Shown here piece after piece: positions 10,257 through 21,055 of a DNA stretch of 64,000 bases. Source of the stretch: Anaerolineales bacterium. GTDB taxonomy: Bacteria > Chloroflexota > Anaerolineae > Anaerolineales > E44-bin32. The notes under the pieces are model-generated. The model was not told the origin of the DNA. It saw nothing but the letters and a program-made list of their open reading frames with translations, and searched no databases. The translations under genes were made by a program, and so were the position numbers. The stretch spans positions 68,463 through 132,462 of the forward strand of contig DAOUEL010000011.1 of assembly GCA_034430595.1 (NCBI GenBank). Reading direction: 5' to 3'. Numbering within the stretch: the first letter of the stretch is position 1; every line of letters starts with the position of its first letter.

Positions 10257-11444
10257 TTAATCCGCCTGTACCAGGAAGCCCTTTAGATATTGGCTCTCTG
10301 GAAACGCAAGCTGCACCGGATGATCGCAAGCCTGATGGAAATGATGCCGGATTGCTGCCTGCACACCTGCATCCAGCGCCGAATCGGCGACGATTTTCTG
10401 GAACAATTCGCCGCTAACCCCACCCGAACAGGAAAACGTCGCCAGGGTGCCGCCTGGCTTCAGCAACTTCATGGCGAGCAGGTTGATGTCTTTGTAGGCG
10501 CGTGAGGCGCGGCCAACCTGAGCAGCTGTCGCCGCGAATTTCGGTGGATCCAGGATGATCAGATCGAAGGACGCACCACGGTCCCGAAAACCACGCAGCG
10601 CAGTGAAGACGTCCTCTTCAAGCACATCAAACCGATCCGGTTCAAGACGATTGAGATCCAGGTTTTTCTGCGCCATCTCAAGCGCAGAACGCGAGCTATC
10701 GATGGCTGTCACGTGCTCCGCCCCGGCCTTCAGACAAACCAGGCTGAAGGAACCGGTATACGCAAACGCATCGAGCACGCTGCCAGCGGAGACCATCCTT
10801 CGCAGCCAAGCGCGGTTTTCTTTTTGATCCAGGTAGAAGCCTGTTTTATGGCCGGATTGGATGTCAACCAGATACCGCAAATCACCCTCGAAAATCTCTA
10901 TCGGATTTGATTCGTACTCACCCCACAGCACCCCGCTGCGGGATTCCAACCCCTCAAGCTGACGGACCTCGGCCTCAGACCGCTCGTAGATCAAACGGCA
11001 ATCCCCACGTTCGGAGAGAGCTTGAACAATCGTATCCCGTTCAGAATCTGCCCACGCGGTGTGAAACTGGACCACGCGCACATCGTCATAACGATCAACG
11101 ATCAGGCCCGGCATTCCATCAGATTCAGAAAAGACCTCCCGCCAGGCATTTGACTCCCCCGACTTTTGCCACGGCACTCTGTTTCTTAAAGCTTGATCGA
11201 TCCGTGCGCGAATAAATTCCGGGCCGATTTCCTGGTCACGATCCCAACTTAATACTCGGCCGCGAATTTGTGAGTGCGGCGAATAGGCTGCAGTGGCAAA
11301 CCATTCACCTTGCGAGGAAAAGACATCCACACTCTCGGCAGCAGCCGGGTCACCGTGGACAGATTCAATCGCCCCCGAAAATATCCAGGGGTGCCTCCTC
11401 TTAAGGGGGCGCTCACGGCCGGTCTTTAATCGAATGCTAGCCAT
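10257..11444 (-). CDS. rlmI: Class I SAM-dependent rRNA methyltransferase, RlmI-like (PUA + methyltransferase)
   Basis: N-terminal RRHPWIFSGAI (PUA-like), SAM fold VLDAFAYTGSFSL, and FDLIILDPPKFA. Confidence 0.8.
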   Translation of the reverse strand: MASIRLKTGRERPLKRRHPWIFSGAIESVHGDPAAAESVDVFSSQGEWFATAAYSPHSQIRGRVLSWDRDQEIGPEFIRARIDQALRNRVPWQKSGESNAWREVFSESDGMPGLIVDRYDDVRVVQFHTAWADSERDTIVQALSERGDCRLIYERSEAEVRQLEGLESRSGVLWGEYESNPIEIFEGDLRYLVDIQSGHKTGFYLDQKENRAWLRRMVSAGSVLDAFAYTGSFSLVCLKAGAEHVTAIDSSRSALEMAQKNLDLNRLEPDRFDVLEEDVFTALRGFRDRGASFDLIILDPPKFAATAAQVGRASRAYKDINLLAMKLLKPGGTLATFSCSGGVSGELFQKIVADSALDAGVQAAIRHHFHQACDHPVQLAFPESQYLKGFLVQAD

Positions 11445-11462
11445 TTCAAATGAATACTGGAA

Positions 11463-13532
<2,070 letters not shown>

Positions 13533-14459
13533 TTACGTTCGATTGGAGGATTGCTGCTTCGTACGCACGGGAATCGTCTCCGGCCAGAGTGGAATAAACA
13601 TCATCCATTCCGCAGGACGTTCTCGGATATAACCCCCGAGGACAGCAAGGATTCGTTCGGCCAACCTGACCGAGTCGGCCCTGTCGTCACCAGTTCGCTC
13701 CGGCACCAGGATCCGTGGCCCGGTCACGTGATATCTCCCATCGCCGGACTTCTGCACGACTCCGGCAACCACATGTGAATCGGTCCTTATCGCCAATCGG
13801 GCGTGTCCAATCGGAAGCACAACACTTCGCCCAAAGAACGTTAACGGTACACCCCCGACATCAGGACGATCCACGCCCGTGAGCACGAACCCTCCACTTT
13901 GAAGGTTTTCGATCGCCGTACGCAATGCTTTCGATGAAATCGGTGTGAAGTCAACTCCAAGTCGCTCGCGTAGCAAGTTATCAGTTTTATAACTGCCTTT
14001 GACGGTATGATAGGACAAGGCTTGAATTGGAAGTTGGCGCTTGGCCATCATCATAATGAACATATTAAAACTACTCATATGGGCTCCAACGAAAACGACC
14101 CCATGGCCTTCTGCACTGGACTGGAGCGCATCGGCAATCATGTGCGGCTCCACTGTGCAGTACTTTTCCTCGAAATTCGCCGGGTTCGAAAACGCACCGT
14201 ACCAATCAACATACCCATGCGCTGCGTTCTGAAGTACCTCGTAAACAACGCCATCCAATTCCGGTGCACCGTATTCCAGGCCACGGACCACAGCCTGGTT
14301 GGATCTGATGGACTGGTACAGGTTGCTGTTCCTCCTGGAAGCCAGGGCTGAAGCGATCCGATCACCCAGCCAATACCCCCACTTCCTGGGCAGGACTTTG
14401 CCAAGGAACAACCCGGTCCACGGCCCGAGCTGGCTATTGATGAAATCGTTCAAGAGCAT
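13533..14459 (-). CDS. Lysophospholipid/lipid A-type acyltransferase family protein (LpxL/HtrB-like)
   Basis: 308 aa. Overall pattern resembles the lauroyl/myristoyl acyltransferase family (VFVGAHMSSFN region). Sits in an operon with ligA and the GT2. Confidence 0.7.
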   Translation of the reverse strand: MLLNDFINSQLGPWTGLFLGKVLPRKWGYWLGDRIASALASRRNSNLYQSIRSNQAVVRGLEYGAPELDGVVYEVLQNAAHGYVDWYGAFSNPANFEEKYCTVEPHMIADALQSSAEGHGVVFVGAHMSSFNMFIMMMAKRQLPIQALSYHTVKGSYKTDNLLRERLGVDFTPISSKALRTAIENLQSGGFVLTGVDRPDVGGVPLTFFGRSVVLPIGHARLAIRTDSHVVAGVVQKSGDGRYHVTGPRILVPERTGDDRADSVRLAERILAVLGGYIRERPAEWMMFIPLWPETIPVRTKQQSSNRT

Positions 14460-14533
14460 TGTCGTCAGTCCGTTCGAGTCTAGGGCGGATTTACAGTGAT
14501 CTGAAATTGCAAGATAAAATGGCTATGCGCAAG

Positions 14534-15220
14534 CTAGATTTTATGCTTTCTCCGCTCCCGTGCAACAGCCCAGAGCAATCCCAGAAATTTCAGTGTATCG
14601 CGAATCGGGTGGAAGTAGCTCTCCTTGCCAACATTATAGATGGTATCGATATCTACCCACCCAATCTTGAAACCATGATCGACCGCCTGGACCACAGCCT
14701 CGACCTCGAGCTCAAAACCATGGCGAGTAAGATTCAAGGCTTGTAGCAGTTCCCGGCTGTAGAGACGGTATCCACTCTGATTGTCATAGACCGGAGTTCC
14801 AAGCACGCGAGTCAGCATCCAGGAACCGATCGCATTTGCCATCGAGCGGGGAAAAGGCATGCGCTTGAAGTCCCGCCGTCCAATGATCAGTTCTCCCTGT
14901 CCCGAGCGAAAGGCACGGACAAGTTTCACCGCCTCACCCGGATCATGCTGACCATCCGCATCGAGCGTTAGAACTGCCTCGAAGTTGCGTTCGAGGGCCC
15001 ACGAAAATCCGGACATCAACGCAACACCCTTCCCCAGGTTACGCTCGTGCTGGAGAACCTGCGCACCCTGCGAGGCGGCAACCCGTGGAGTCTCATCCCA
15101 TGAACCATCGTCGACGACAAGCAACGGGAATAAATCCCGCAGGGGCTCCAGCACCGCACCAATCCGTTCAGCTTCGTTCCAGGCCGGGATCAGCGCCAGA
15201 ATTCCCGAATCTATGCTCAT
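14534..15220 (-). CDS. Family 2 glycosyltransferase (polyprenol-phosphate sugar synthase-like)
   Basis: LIPAWNEAERI, VVDDGSWDET, LDADGQHDP: GT-A/GT2 DxD-type motifs. Confidence 0.85.
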   Translation of the reverse strand: MSIDSGILALIPAWNEAERIGAVLEPLRDLFPLLVVDDGSWDETPRVAASQGAQVLQHERNLGKGVALMSGFSWALERNFEAVLTLDADGQHDPGEAVKLVRAFRSGQGELIIGRRDFKRMPFPRSMANAIGSWMLTRVLGTPVYDNQSGYRLYSRELLQALNLTRHGFELEVEAVVQAVDHGFKIGWVDIDTIYNVGKESYFHPIRDTLKFLGLLWAVARERRKHKI

Positions 15221-15401
15221 CTGCTCCCTCGTACAAGCTGGAAATTCCTTCCAGCCAGCCAGCCATCACCCCAATGTCAGGTGTGGTCTGCCCACTCATT
15301 CTAATCTAGCGATTACCGGGGTCAAGCACAGGGCGCCATCCGGGCTGCTAATCGTCCTGTGCAGCGCCGTAAATCAGACTGATATTGGTGAATTTCGTCC
15401 A

Positions 15402-15430
15402 TTGGCTTGCACTGCTGGATTTGCTACACT
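15402..15430 (+). promoter_or_regulatory. Candidate sigma70-type promoter for the five-gene operon
   Basis: TTGGCT - 17 nt - TACACT, about 25 nt upstream of ATG 15454, in the 233-bp gap after the divergent GT2 gene. Confidence 0.35.
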
Positions 15431-15453
15431 GACTCAGATCTTTGAACGCCTGA

Positions 15454-15825
15454 ATGGGAGGCATGATGAAAGCAGGACGTCTGATAGCGTATATCGCCGC
15501 CGCAATTCTGATCTTTTTTGGAGTACTTGCTATCTGGGGAAGTCCATCAACCAACAAACCCGGTCTTAATCTCATAATTGGTGTAATAAGCATCGGTGCG
15601 GGGTTTGTCTTGATCTGGTTCGCCGGCCGCATGGGGCGCAATGACCGCGTGGAGATTATCCAGAAGATCGACCTCTCCGGCGACATGAATCTCGAATCGC
15701 TTCGCTGCCGCAACTGCGGGGGAGCGCTGAGTTCGAAAGACATCTCGATGGTCGAGGGCGCCCCATTTGTCAAATGCCCATACTGCGGGACGACATATCA
15801 ATTAACCGAAGAGCCAAAATGGTAG
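15454..15825 (+). CDS. Small two-TM membrane protein with C-terminal zinc ribbon
   Basis: Two hydrophobic helices (LIAYIAAAILIFFGVLAIW and LIIGVISIGAGFVLIWFAG), then CRNCGG...17 aa...CPYCG. Start uncertain: ATG at 15454, 15463 or 15466, with GGGAGG at 15456-15461. Confidence 0.7.
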   Translation: MGGMMKAGRLIAYIAAAILIFFGVLAIWGSPSTNKPGLNLIIGVISIGAGFVLIWFAGRMGRNDRVEIIQKIDLSGDMNLESLRCRNCGGALSSKDISMVEGAPFVKCPYCGTTYQLTEEPKW

Positions 15826-15859
15826 ATTGGCCGCGTCTTCAGCTGCCGAGGAGGAGACG

Positions 15860-17599
15860 ATGAATTCGCCCCTTCGCCGCGTTTCCATCTTCAACCAGAA
15901 TGGACACAGATCGCTCGCTCGCCGCTCTCGGGCGAGTCGTTGGCCGATTCTGGTTTCGCTTTCTCTCTCGATCCTGCTCCTCGTGCTCGCCGTGGTTTCT
16001 GCTTCGGGGCAGAGCTATTCCTTCAGCCTCGACCAGGAGACCGTCGATGTTTACCTTCAATCCGATGGCACGATGTCGCTGCTTTATCGGATGGTGTTCA
16101 CCAATGATCCCTCCGCACCTGCGATTGAATTCGTCGACCTCGGCATGCCCAGCCCGGCTTACGATCTATCAAGCATTGCGGCCTCGATCGATAACATCGG
16201 CATCAGTCATATCGCTAATTCCGAATACATCGACCAGGGCATCGAGCTTGGTTTGGGCTCAAACTCGATTCAACCCGGCCGGAGTGGGACGGTCGTCGTC
16301 CAGATCGCCAATGTTCGTGACATCCTCTATGAAGACACTCAGGGAGATAATTACGCCAGCGTTGAATTCTATCCGAACTACTTCGATTCGAATCTCGTCC
16401 ATGGCCGGACCGATCTCACGCTTCGCTTCCATCTGCCGCCAGGCGTCCAACCGGATGAGCCACGCTGGCACGACGCACCTGGCGGATGGCCAGACTCCTC
16501 CCCGGCGACCTACCTCGATAATGACCAGCGTGTCGTCTATGAATGGCACAATCCCTCTGCGAGTGCATCCACCGAGTACAAATTCGGTGCTTCCTTCCCG
16601 CAGAGCTATGTTCCGCCAGAGGCCATCGTCACGCCAGGCCGAATTTCATTCAACAACGATGCGCTCTTCAGTCTGTGCTGCTTCGGCGGCGTCTTCGGTG
16701 CAATCGCACTTTTTGTCGGCATCGGCATCTACTCCAGCCGGCGCCGCAAGCTGGACTACCTCCCGCCCAAGATCTCGATCGAGGGACACGGAATCAAACG
16801 CGGCCTGACGGCGATCGAAGCTGCGGTACTGCTCGAAACTCCGCTCGATCGGGTCCTCACAATGGTCCTGTTCTCGACGATCAAGAAGGGTGCAGCCAAG
16901 GTCGTAACCGAGGATCCACTTAAGGTCGAACGCCTCGAAAGCACGGCTGAACTGCGCGATTACGAGAAAGAATTTCTCGAAGCGATGATCGACAAGCCCG
17001 AGAACAAGCGCCGCAGCGCGCTGCAGGATGTCATGATCAACATCGTCAAATCGGTTCAGAAAAAGATGAAGGGCTTCAGCCTGCGCGAGACGCGTGATTA
17101 CTACAAGGCGATCATGAAGAAGGCTTGGGAGCAAATCGAGCAGGCCGAGACGCCCGAGGTGAAATCCGAGCGCTACGCGGAAGGGCTGGAGTGGACGATG
17201 CTCGACCGTGACTTCGACGACCGGACGAAGCGTGTCTTCCGTAGCGGTCCGGTATACCTGCCGCCGTGGTGGTGGTATTACCGGCCTTCAACCACGGTCG
17301 CCCGGCCAGCGACGATATCCTCCGGCCCATCCGGAGGCGGCCGGACGACGATTCAGATGCCCACCCTGCCGGGCTCGGAGTTTGCCGCCTCACTCGTTAC
17401 CGGCGTCCAGAACACCGCCTCAAAATTAGTATCGAACGTCGTCGGGTTCACCAACGGCGTAACAAAAACCACCAACCCGCCGCCACCACCGTCCAAATCG
17501 AGTGGTTGGTCGGGAGGTGGAAAGAGCGGCGGCTGCGCTTGTGCCTGCGCCTGCGCGTGCGCCGGATGCGCCTGTGCTTGTGCTGGAGGCGGACGGTGA
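15860..17599 (+). CDS. DUF2207-like bitopic membrane protein with C-terminal (Cys-Ala)n tail
   Basis: ATG 15860 preceded by GAGGAGGAG. It has a signal/anchor helix and an N-terminal domain starting YSFSLDQETVDVYLQSDGTMSLLYRMVF (DUF2207-like pattern). A second TM helix (FGGVFGAIALFVGIGIY) is followed by SRRRK, so positive-inside predicts a cytoplasmic C-terminus. The C-terminal domain is about 260 aa and ends GGCACACACACAGCACACAGGGR. Confidence 0.8.
   Translation: MNSPLRRVSIFNQNGHRSLARRSRASRWPILVSLSLSILLLVLAVVSASGQSYSFSLDQETVDVYLQSDGTMSLLYRMVFTNDPSAPAIEFVDLGMPSPAYDLSSIAASIDNIGISHIANSEYIDQGIELGLGSNSIQPGRSGTVVVQIANVRDILYEDTQGDNYASVEFYPNYFDSNLVHGRTDLTLRFHLPPGVQPDEPRWHDAPGGWPDSSPATYLDNDQRVVYEWHNPSASASTEYKFGASFPQSYVPPEAIVTPGRISFNNDALFSLCCFGGVFGAIALFVGIGIYSSRRRKLDYLPPKISIEGHGIKRGLTAIEAAVLLETPLDRVLTMVLFSTIKKGAAKVVTEDPLKVERLESTAELRDYEKEFLEAMIDKPENKRRSALQDVMINIVKSVQKKMKGFSLRETRDYYKAIMKKAWEQIEQAETPEVKSERYAEGLEWTMLDRDFDDRTKRVFRSGPVYLPPWWWYYRPSTTVARPATISSGPSGGGRTTIQMPTLPGSEFAASLVTGVQNTASKLVSNVVGFTNGVTKTTNPPPPPSKSSGWSGGGKSGGCACACACACAGCACACAGGGR
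17534..17584 (+). repeat. Coding (Cys-Ala) dipeptide repeat: 5 units, Gly, 3 units (8 Cys)
   Basis: Codons TGC GCT TGT GCC TGC GCC TGC GCG TGC GCC GGA TGC GCC TGT GCT TGT GCT. Synonymous codons are mixed. Confidence 0.95.
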
Positions 17600-18978
17600 G
17601 AAATCCCTTTCAACGTAGTTACACCTCCAGGAGCCCTTCGCCCGGGCTGCACGCATATACCCTCTCGCAGCATGGAGGGAGCGTACGGATCCATTTGAGA
17701 ATAGAGCCAGGTGGATCTGGACTTTTACTCATCAACGCCAACCGCTCGGTCCACCTTAACCCGACAGCGGGGCTGCTCGCCTGGCTCTATCTTGAAGGCT
17801 GCGAACGGGACGAGGCCACCATCCAGCTGCAGCAGCGGTATCGCATAACCAGGTCCGAAGCCCGGCGTGACGTGGAACAGGTATGGGACCAGCTGGAAGG
17901 CTTGCTGTCGCCGGAAGGCGCCTGCCCGGTCCACGACCTGGCGTTTAATATTGTCCCCCCATTTTCACAGGCGCCGAGCGCACCCTACCGGATGGACCTG
18001 GCGCTCACCTATCGCTGCAATGACAACTGCTCCCACTGCTACAATGCCCGCCCGCGAGATTTCCGGGAACTAAGCACGGAAGAGTGGTTCGCCATCCTGG
18101 ATCAGCTGTGGGAGATCGGCGTCCCTCACATCTGCTTTACGGGGGGCGAAGCTACTTTGCGTCAGGATCTGCCGGAACTCATCCGGCATGCAGAGCAAGC
18201 AGGCCAGATCACGGGTTTGCTCAGCAACGGTCGCCGCCTGCACGATGCCGGCTATGTTGCAAGTTTGGTCGAGGCTGGTCTCGACCATGTCCAGATTACC
18301 CTTGAATCGCTGAACGAAGCGACGCATGACCAAATGGTCGCGGCACCCGGTGCATGGCGCCAGACGGTGAAGGGAATTCGAAACGCACTCGAGGCAGGGC
18401 TGTTCGTCATGACCAATACAACCCTGCTGAATGCCAACGCAGGTGAGATCGGAGAAACCATCGATTACCTGGCTGAAATGGGTGTGCCCACGATCGGTAT
18501 CAATGCCCTGATTTACGCCGGTAAAGGTGCTACCGTGGGAACGGGGATTCCAGAATCGGCGCTTGAGCCGCTATTAAAGGAGGTCCGCGCTCGAACGGAG
18601 CGCAATGGACAGCGCTTGATCTGGTATACGCCCACTCAATACTGTCATTTCGATCCCGTCCAGCTCGAGCTGGGTGTAAAAGGCTGCACAGCGGCTGCAT
18701 ACAACATGTGCGTGGAACCTGACGGCGGCGTAATACCCTGCCAATCATTCTATGAGCAGCTCGGCAATATGCTCAGCGATTCATGGGATTCAATCTGGAA
18801 TCACGACCGTGCGCTCTGGCTCAGGGAGAAACGCTATGCCCCGCAGGCCTGCCAGGGTTGTAGTGTGCTTGCAGAGTGCGGTGGAGGCTGTCCGCTGACA
18901 CTTATAAACCAAACGGATGAAAGCATCCCCCAACCGCTGCATGTCCTGCCTTTAGCCGAGGCAAGTCCGGGAGGCTAG
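17596..18978 (+). CDS. Radical SAM/SPASM-domain maturase with N-terminal PqqD-like (RRE) domain
   Basis: GTG 17596 overlaps the upstream stop (GTGA) and has GGAGG 6 nt upstream. The N-terminus SGLLLINANRSVHLNPTAGLLAWLYLEG...RYRITRSEARRDVEQVWDQLEGLL follows the PqqD pattern. CX3CX2C = CNDNCSHC (18016..18039). SAM motif FTGGEATL. SPASM cysteines: CVEPDGGVIPC and CQGCSVLAECGGGC. Confidence 0.9.
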   Translation: MRNPFQRSYTSRSPSPGLHAYTLSQHGGSVRIHLRIEPGGSGLLLINANRSVHLNPTAGLLAWLYLEGCERDEATIQLQQRYRITRSEARRDVEQVWDQLEGLLSPEGACPVHDLAFNIVPPFSQAPSAPYRMDLALTYRCNDNCSHCYNARPRDFRELSTEEWFAILDQLWEIGVPHICFTGGEATLRQDLPELIRHAEQAGQITGLLSNGRRLHDAGYVASLVEAGLDHVQITLESLNEATHDQMVAAPGAWRQTVKGIRNALEAGLFVMTNTTLLNANAGEIGETIDYLAEMGVPTIGINALIYAGKGATVGTGIPESALEPLLKEVRARTERNGQRLIWYTPTQYCHFDPVQLELGVKGCTAAAYNMCVEPDGGVIPCQSFYEQLGNMLSDSWDSIWNHDRALWLREKRYAPQACQGCSVLAECGGGCPLTLINQTDESIPQPLHVLPLAEASPGG

Positions 18979-18982
18979 CACT

Positions 18983-20140
18983 ATGGAAGCGATACTCGAT
19001 CGAATCTTTGGAAAACAGGATATTCCGAGCGCCCCCGCGCCCGGAATATATCATCGCATGCTCACTGAAGGCGTGGAAAGCCCGCACCGCTTCCACCTGC
19101 GGATTGAAGCCGATGGGTCAGGCGTGCTTATCGTGGATGCCGCGATCATACTCCATCTGAACCCGACAGCTGCTGAGCACGCCTATTACATGGTTCAGGG
19201 CCAGGATGAGCGCAAGGCGGCTGAACAGCTCGCTGCTCGCTACCGTGTCAGTCCATCCAGGGCTCGCCAGGATCAGCACGAACTGCGTGAGCAGATTCTG
19301 GCCCTCGCCTCAACCCCCGATCTCGACCCTGTCGTCTTCCTTGGAATGGAGCGGATGGAGCCCGCCAGCATTCGCCCGCAAGCACCTTACCGCCTGGACT
19401 GCGCCTTGACCTATAGGCTAGATGAGAGCGGGACCCCTGACCCACTGGCTCGAGCCAGGGTTGATGCTGAATTGACGATGACTGAGTGGGAGGGCATCCT
19501 GCAGAAAGCATGGGAGGCTGGCATTCCTCATATAACCTTTACCGGAGGCGAACCGACACTTCGCGATGATCTGGGAGATCTGATCAGTTTTTCCGAGGAG
19601 CTCGGACAAGTCACCGGGCTATTGACGGATGGTAAAAGGCTGGCAGATGAGAAATATCTTGATCAACTCGATCAAGCCGGGCTGGATCATATCTTGATCG
19701 TTTACGATCCTGATGACCCGCGCTGCGAAGCGGGACTCATGAACGCGCTCGGTACGGAGATTTTCACGGCTGTTCATCTGCTGATCGAAGATGAAGCTGG
19801 TGTGAGTGAGCAGCAGTGGCTTCACCTCAAAGAGCTCGGTGTGGGCTCGGTATCACTGTCATCCACGAGTGGAAGCAGTGCCCTGGCTGAGGCGCTGCGC
19901 CAGGCTCGCGACCGAGCTGCAGCGCACGGTCTCGACCTGATCTGGGATCTGGCCGCACCCTACTCAGCCCATAACCCAATTCAAGGTGAACTCGAAACCC
20001 CGCCCGCGGGCGCCGGAACGGCCTGGCTCTACGTGGAACCCGATGGGGATGTTCTCCCGAGCCAGGGAGTGAACAAAATCCTCGGCAATCTACTGCGCGA
20101 TCCATGGGACCATATCTGGGCACGTACAATGGGAGAATGA
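18983..20140 (+). CDS. Degenerate radical-SAM paralog (PqqD-like domain retained, all Fe-S cysteines lost)
   Basis: Aligns with the preceding protein: RFHLRIEADGSGVLIVDAAIILHLNPTAAEHAYYMV vs IHLRIEPGGSGLLLINANRSVHLNPTAGLLAWLYL, and YRLDCALTYRLDESGTPDP vs YRMDLALTYRCNDNCSHCY. FTGGEPTL is retained. YVEPDGDVLPSQG replaces CVEPDGGVIPCQS. The protein ends before the CX2CX5CX3C block. GGGAGG RBS. Confidence 0.85.
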   Translation: MEAILDRIFGKQDIPSAPAPGIYHRMLTEGVESPHRFHLRIEADGSGVLIVDAAIILHLNPTAAEHAYYMVQGQDERKAAEQLAARYRVSPSRARQDQHELREQILALASTPDLDPVVFLGMERMEPASIRPQAPYRLDCALTYRLDESGTPDPLARARVDAELTMTEWEGILQKAWEAGIPHITFTGGEPTLRDDLGDLISFSEELGQVTGLLTDGKRLADEKYLDQLDQAGLDHILIVYDPDDPRCEAGLMNALGTEIFTAVHLLIEDEAGVSEQQWLHLKELGVGSVSLSSTSGSSALAEALRQARDRAAAHGLDLIWDLAAPYSAHNPIQGELETPPAGAGTAWLYVEPDGDVLPSQGVNKILGNLLRDPWDHIWARTMGE

Positions 20141-20174
20141 GGTTCGGTCGGCATTCGCTTTCACAATCGGCGAG

Positions 20175-20951
20175 ATGGAAATGCGGGATACCATGCTAGA
20201 GCAGCTCCATCGTCGATACCTCGAGCAGGCGGTTTGGACTGCGGCTTCCAGGAGTCGCCTGCTTGATCTCGCGAATCTGGAACCCGGCTCCAGCATATTG
20301 GAAGTTGGCTCAGGTACAGGAGTCATCTGCGCCGACACCGCACGCGAGCACGATTATCAGCTCTTTGGGCTCGACATTAATCAAAAAGCCGTTTCATTTG
20401 CCACCCGATTCGATCCCCACTCAAATTATCTGGTCGGGGACGGATTCGATCTTCCATTTCCATCCTCCTCGTTCGATGCCGTCTTCTGCCACTTTCTGCT
20501 TTTATGGGTCGAAGTACCATCCAGGATCCTGCACGAAATGCTTCGCATTCTCCATCCTGGGGGCCGCCTTATAACTTTTGCGGAACCCGATTACGGCGGC
20601 CGGGTTGATCACCCGCCAGAGTTGGTCGAACTCGGCCTGCTCCAAATCGAGGCACTCCAACGAGCCGGAGCTCACCCGTTCATTGGGCGGCGTTTGCGCG
20701 GGCTGCTGCATGATGCCGGTGCACGGCATATCTTCAGCGGCGTTATAGGGGCGGAGTGGCACCCATCCGACGTGGAGCATGCTTCAAGCTCAGAACGAGA
20801 GATCCTGCTGCAGGACCTGGGCGGAGACCTGCCGGATGAGCAGCTTCGTGGACTGTTCGCGGCAGGTCAAAACGCCGCTCTTGCCGGGGATTGGACGCTC
20901 TTCGTTCCGACCTTCTTTGCACTCGGCTACGCTCCCGAAAAAATCACGTGA
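20175..20951 (+). CDS. Class I SAM-dependent methyltransferase (Methyltransf_11/UbiE-like)
   Basis: SAM motif I ILEVGSGTGV, post-I LFGLDIN, and FDAVFCHFLLLWV...LHPGGRL. Confidence 0.85.
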   Translation: MEMRDTMLEQLHRRYLEQAVWTAASRSRLLDLANLEPGSSILEVGSGTGVICADTAREHDYQLFGLDINQKAVSFATRFDPHSNYLVGDGFDLPFPSSSFDAVFCHFLLLWVEVPSRILHEMLRILHPGGRLITFAEPDYGGRVDHPPELVELGLLQIEALQRAGAHPFIGRRLRGLLHDAGARHIFSGVIGAEWHPSDVEHASSSEREILLQDLGGDLPDEQLRGLFAAGQNAALAGDWTLFVPTFFALGYAPEKIT

Positions 20952-21055
20952 GGACTTTCGATCTGGCGAATGGGGATCCCACCTCAGCCAGCGAGGCACC
21001 CTGACAGATTTTCGGCCACAGCCATTATCAGCATCATGCCACCAAGTATGGATAC

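Noticed and set aside
15348-15773. A minus-strand 141-aa ORF competing with the plus-strand 123-aa gene.
   Set aside because: The plus-strand product has two clean TM helices and a CxxC...CxxC ribbon, and it is in operon register with the downstream genes. The minus-strand product has no recognisable features.
17531-17590. The TGCGCN hexanucleotide periodicity, considered as a possible CRISPR-like or microsatellite repeat. The reverse frame gives AQAQAHPAHAQAQAQAQ.
   Set aside because: It lies inside a continuous ORF, it is too short and has no spacers, and its synonymous codons vary. It is a coding Cys-Ala repeat.
17266-17595. The ORF-track start of the radical SAM protein at 17266 would add 110 N-terminal residues.
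   Set aside because: This stretch overlaps the 3' end of the DUF2207-like gene in another frame. It translates to Arg/Pro-rich low-complexity sequence (RRRPDDDSDAHPAGLGVCRL...). GTG 17596 with GGAGG 6 nt upstream is a far better start.
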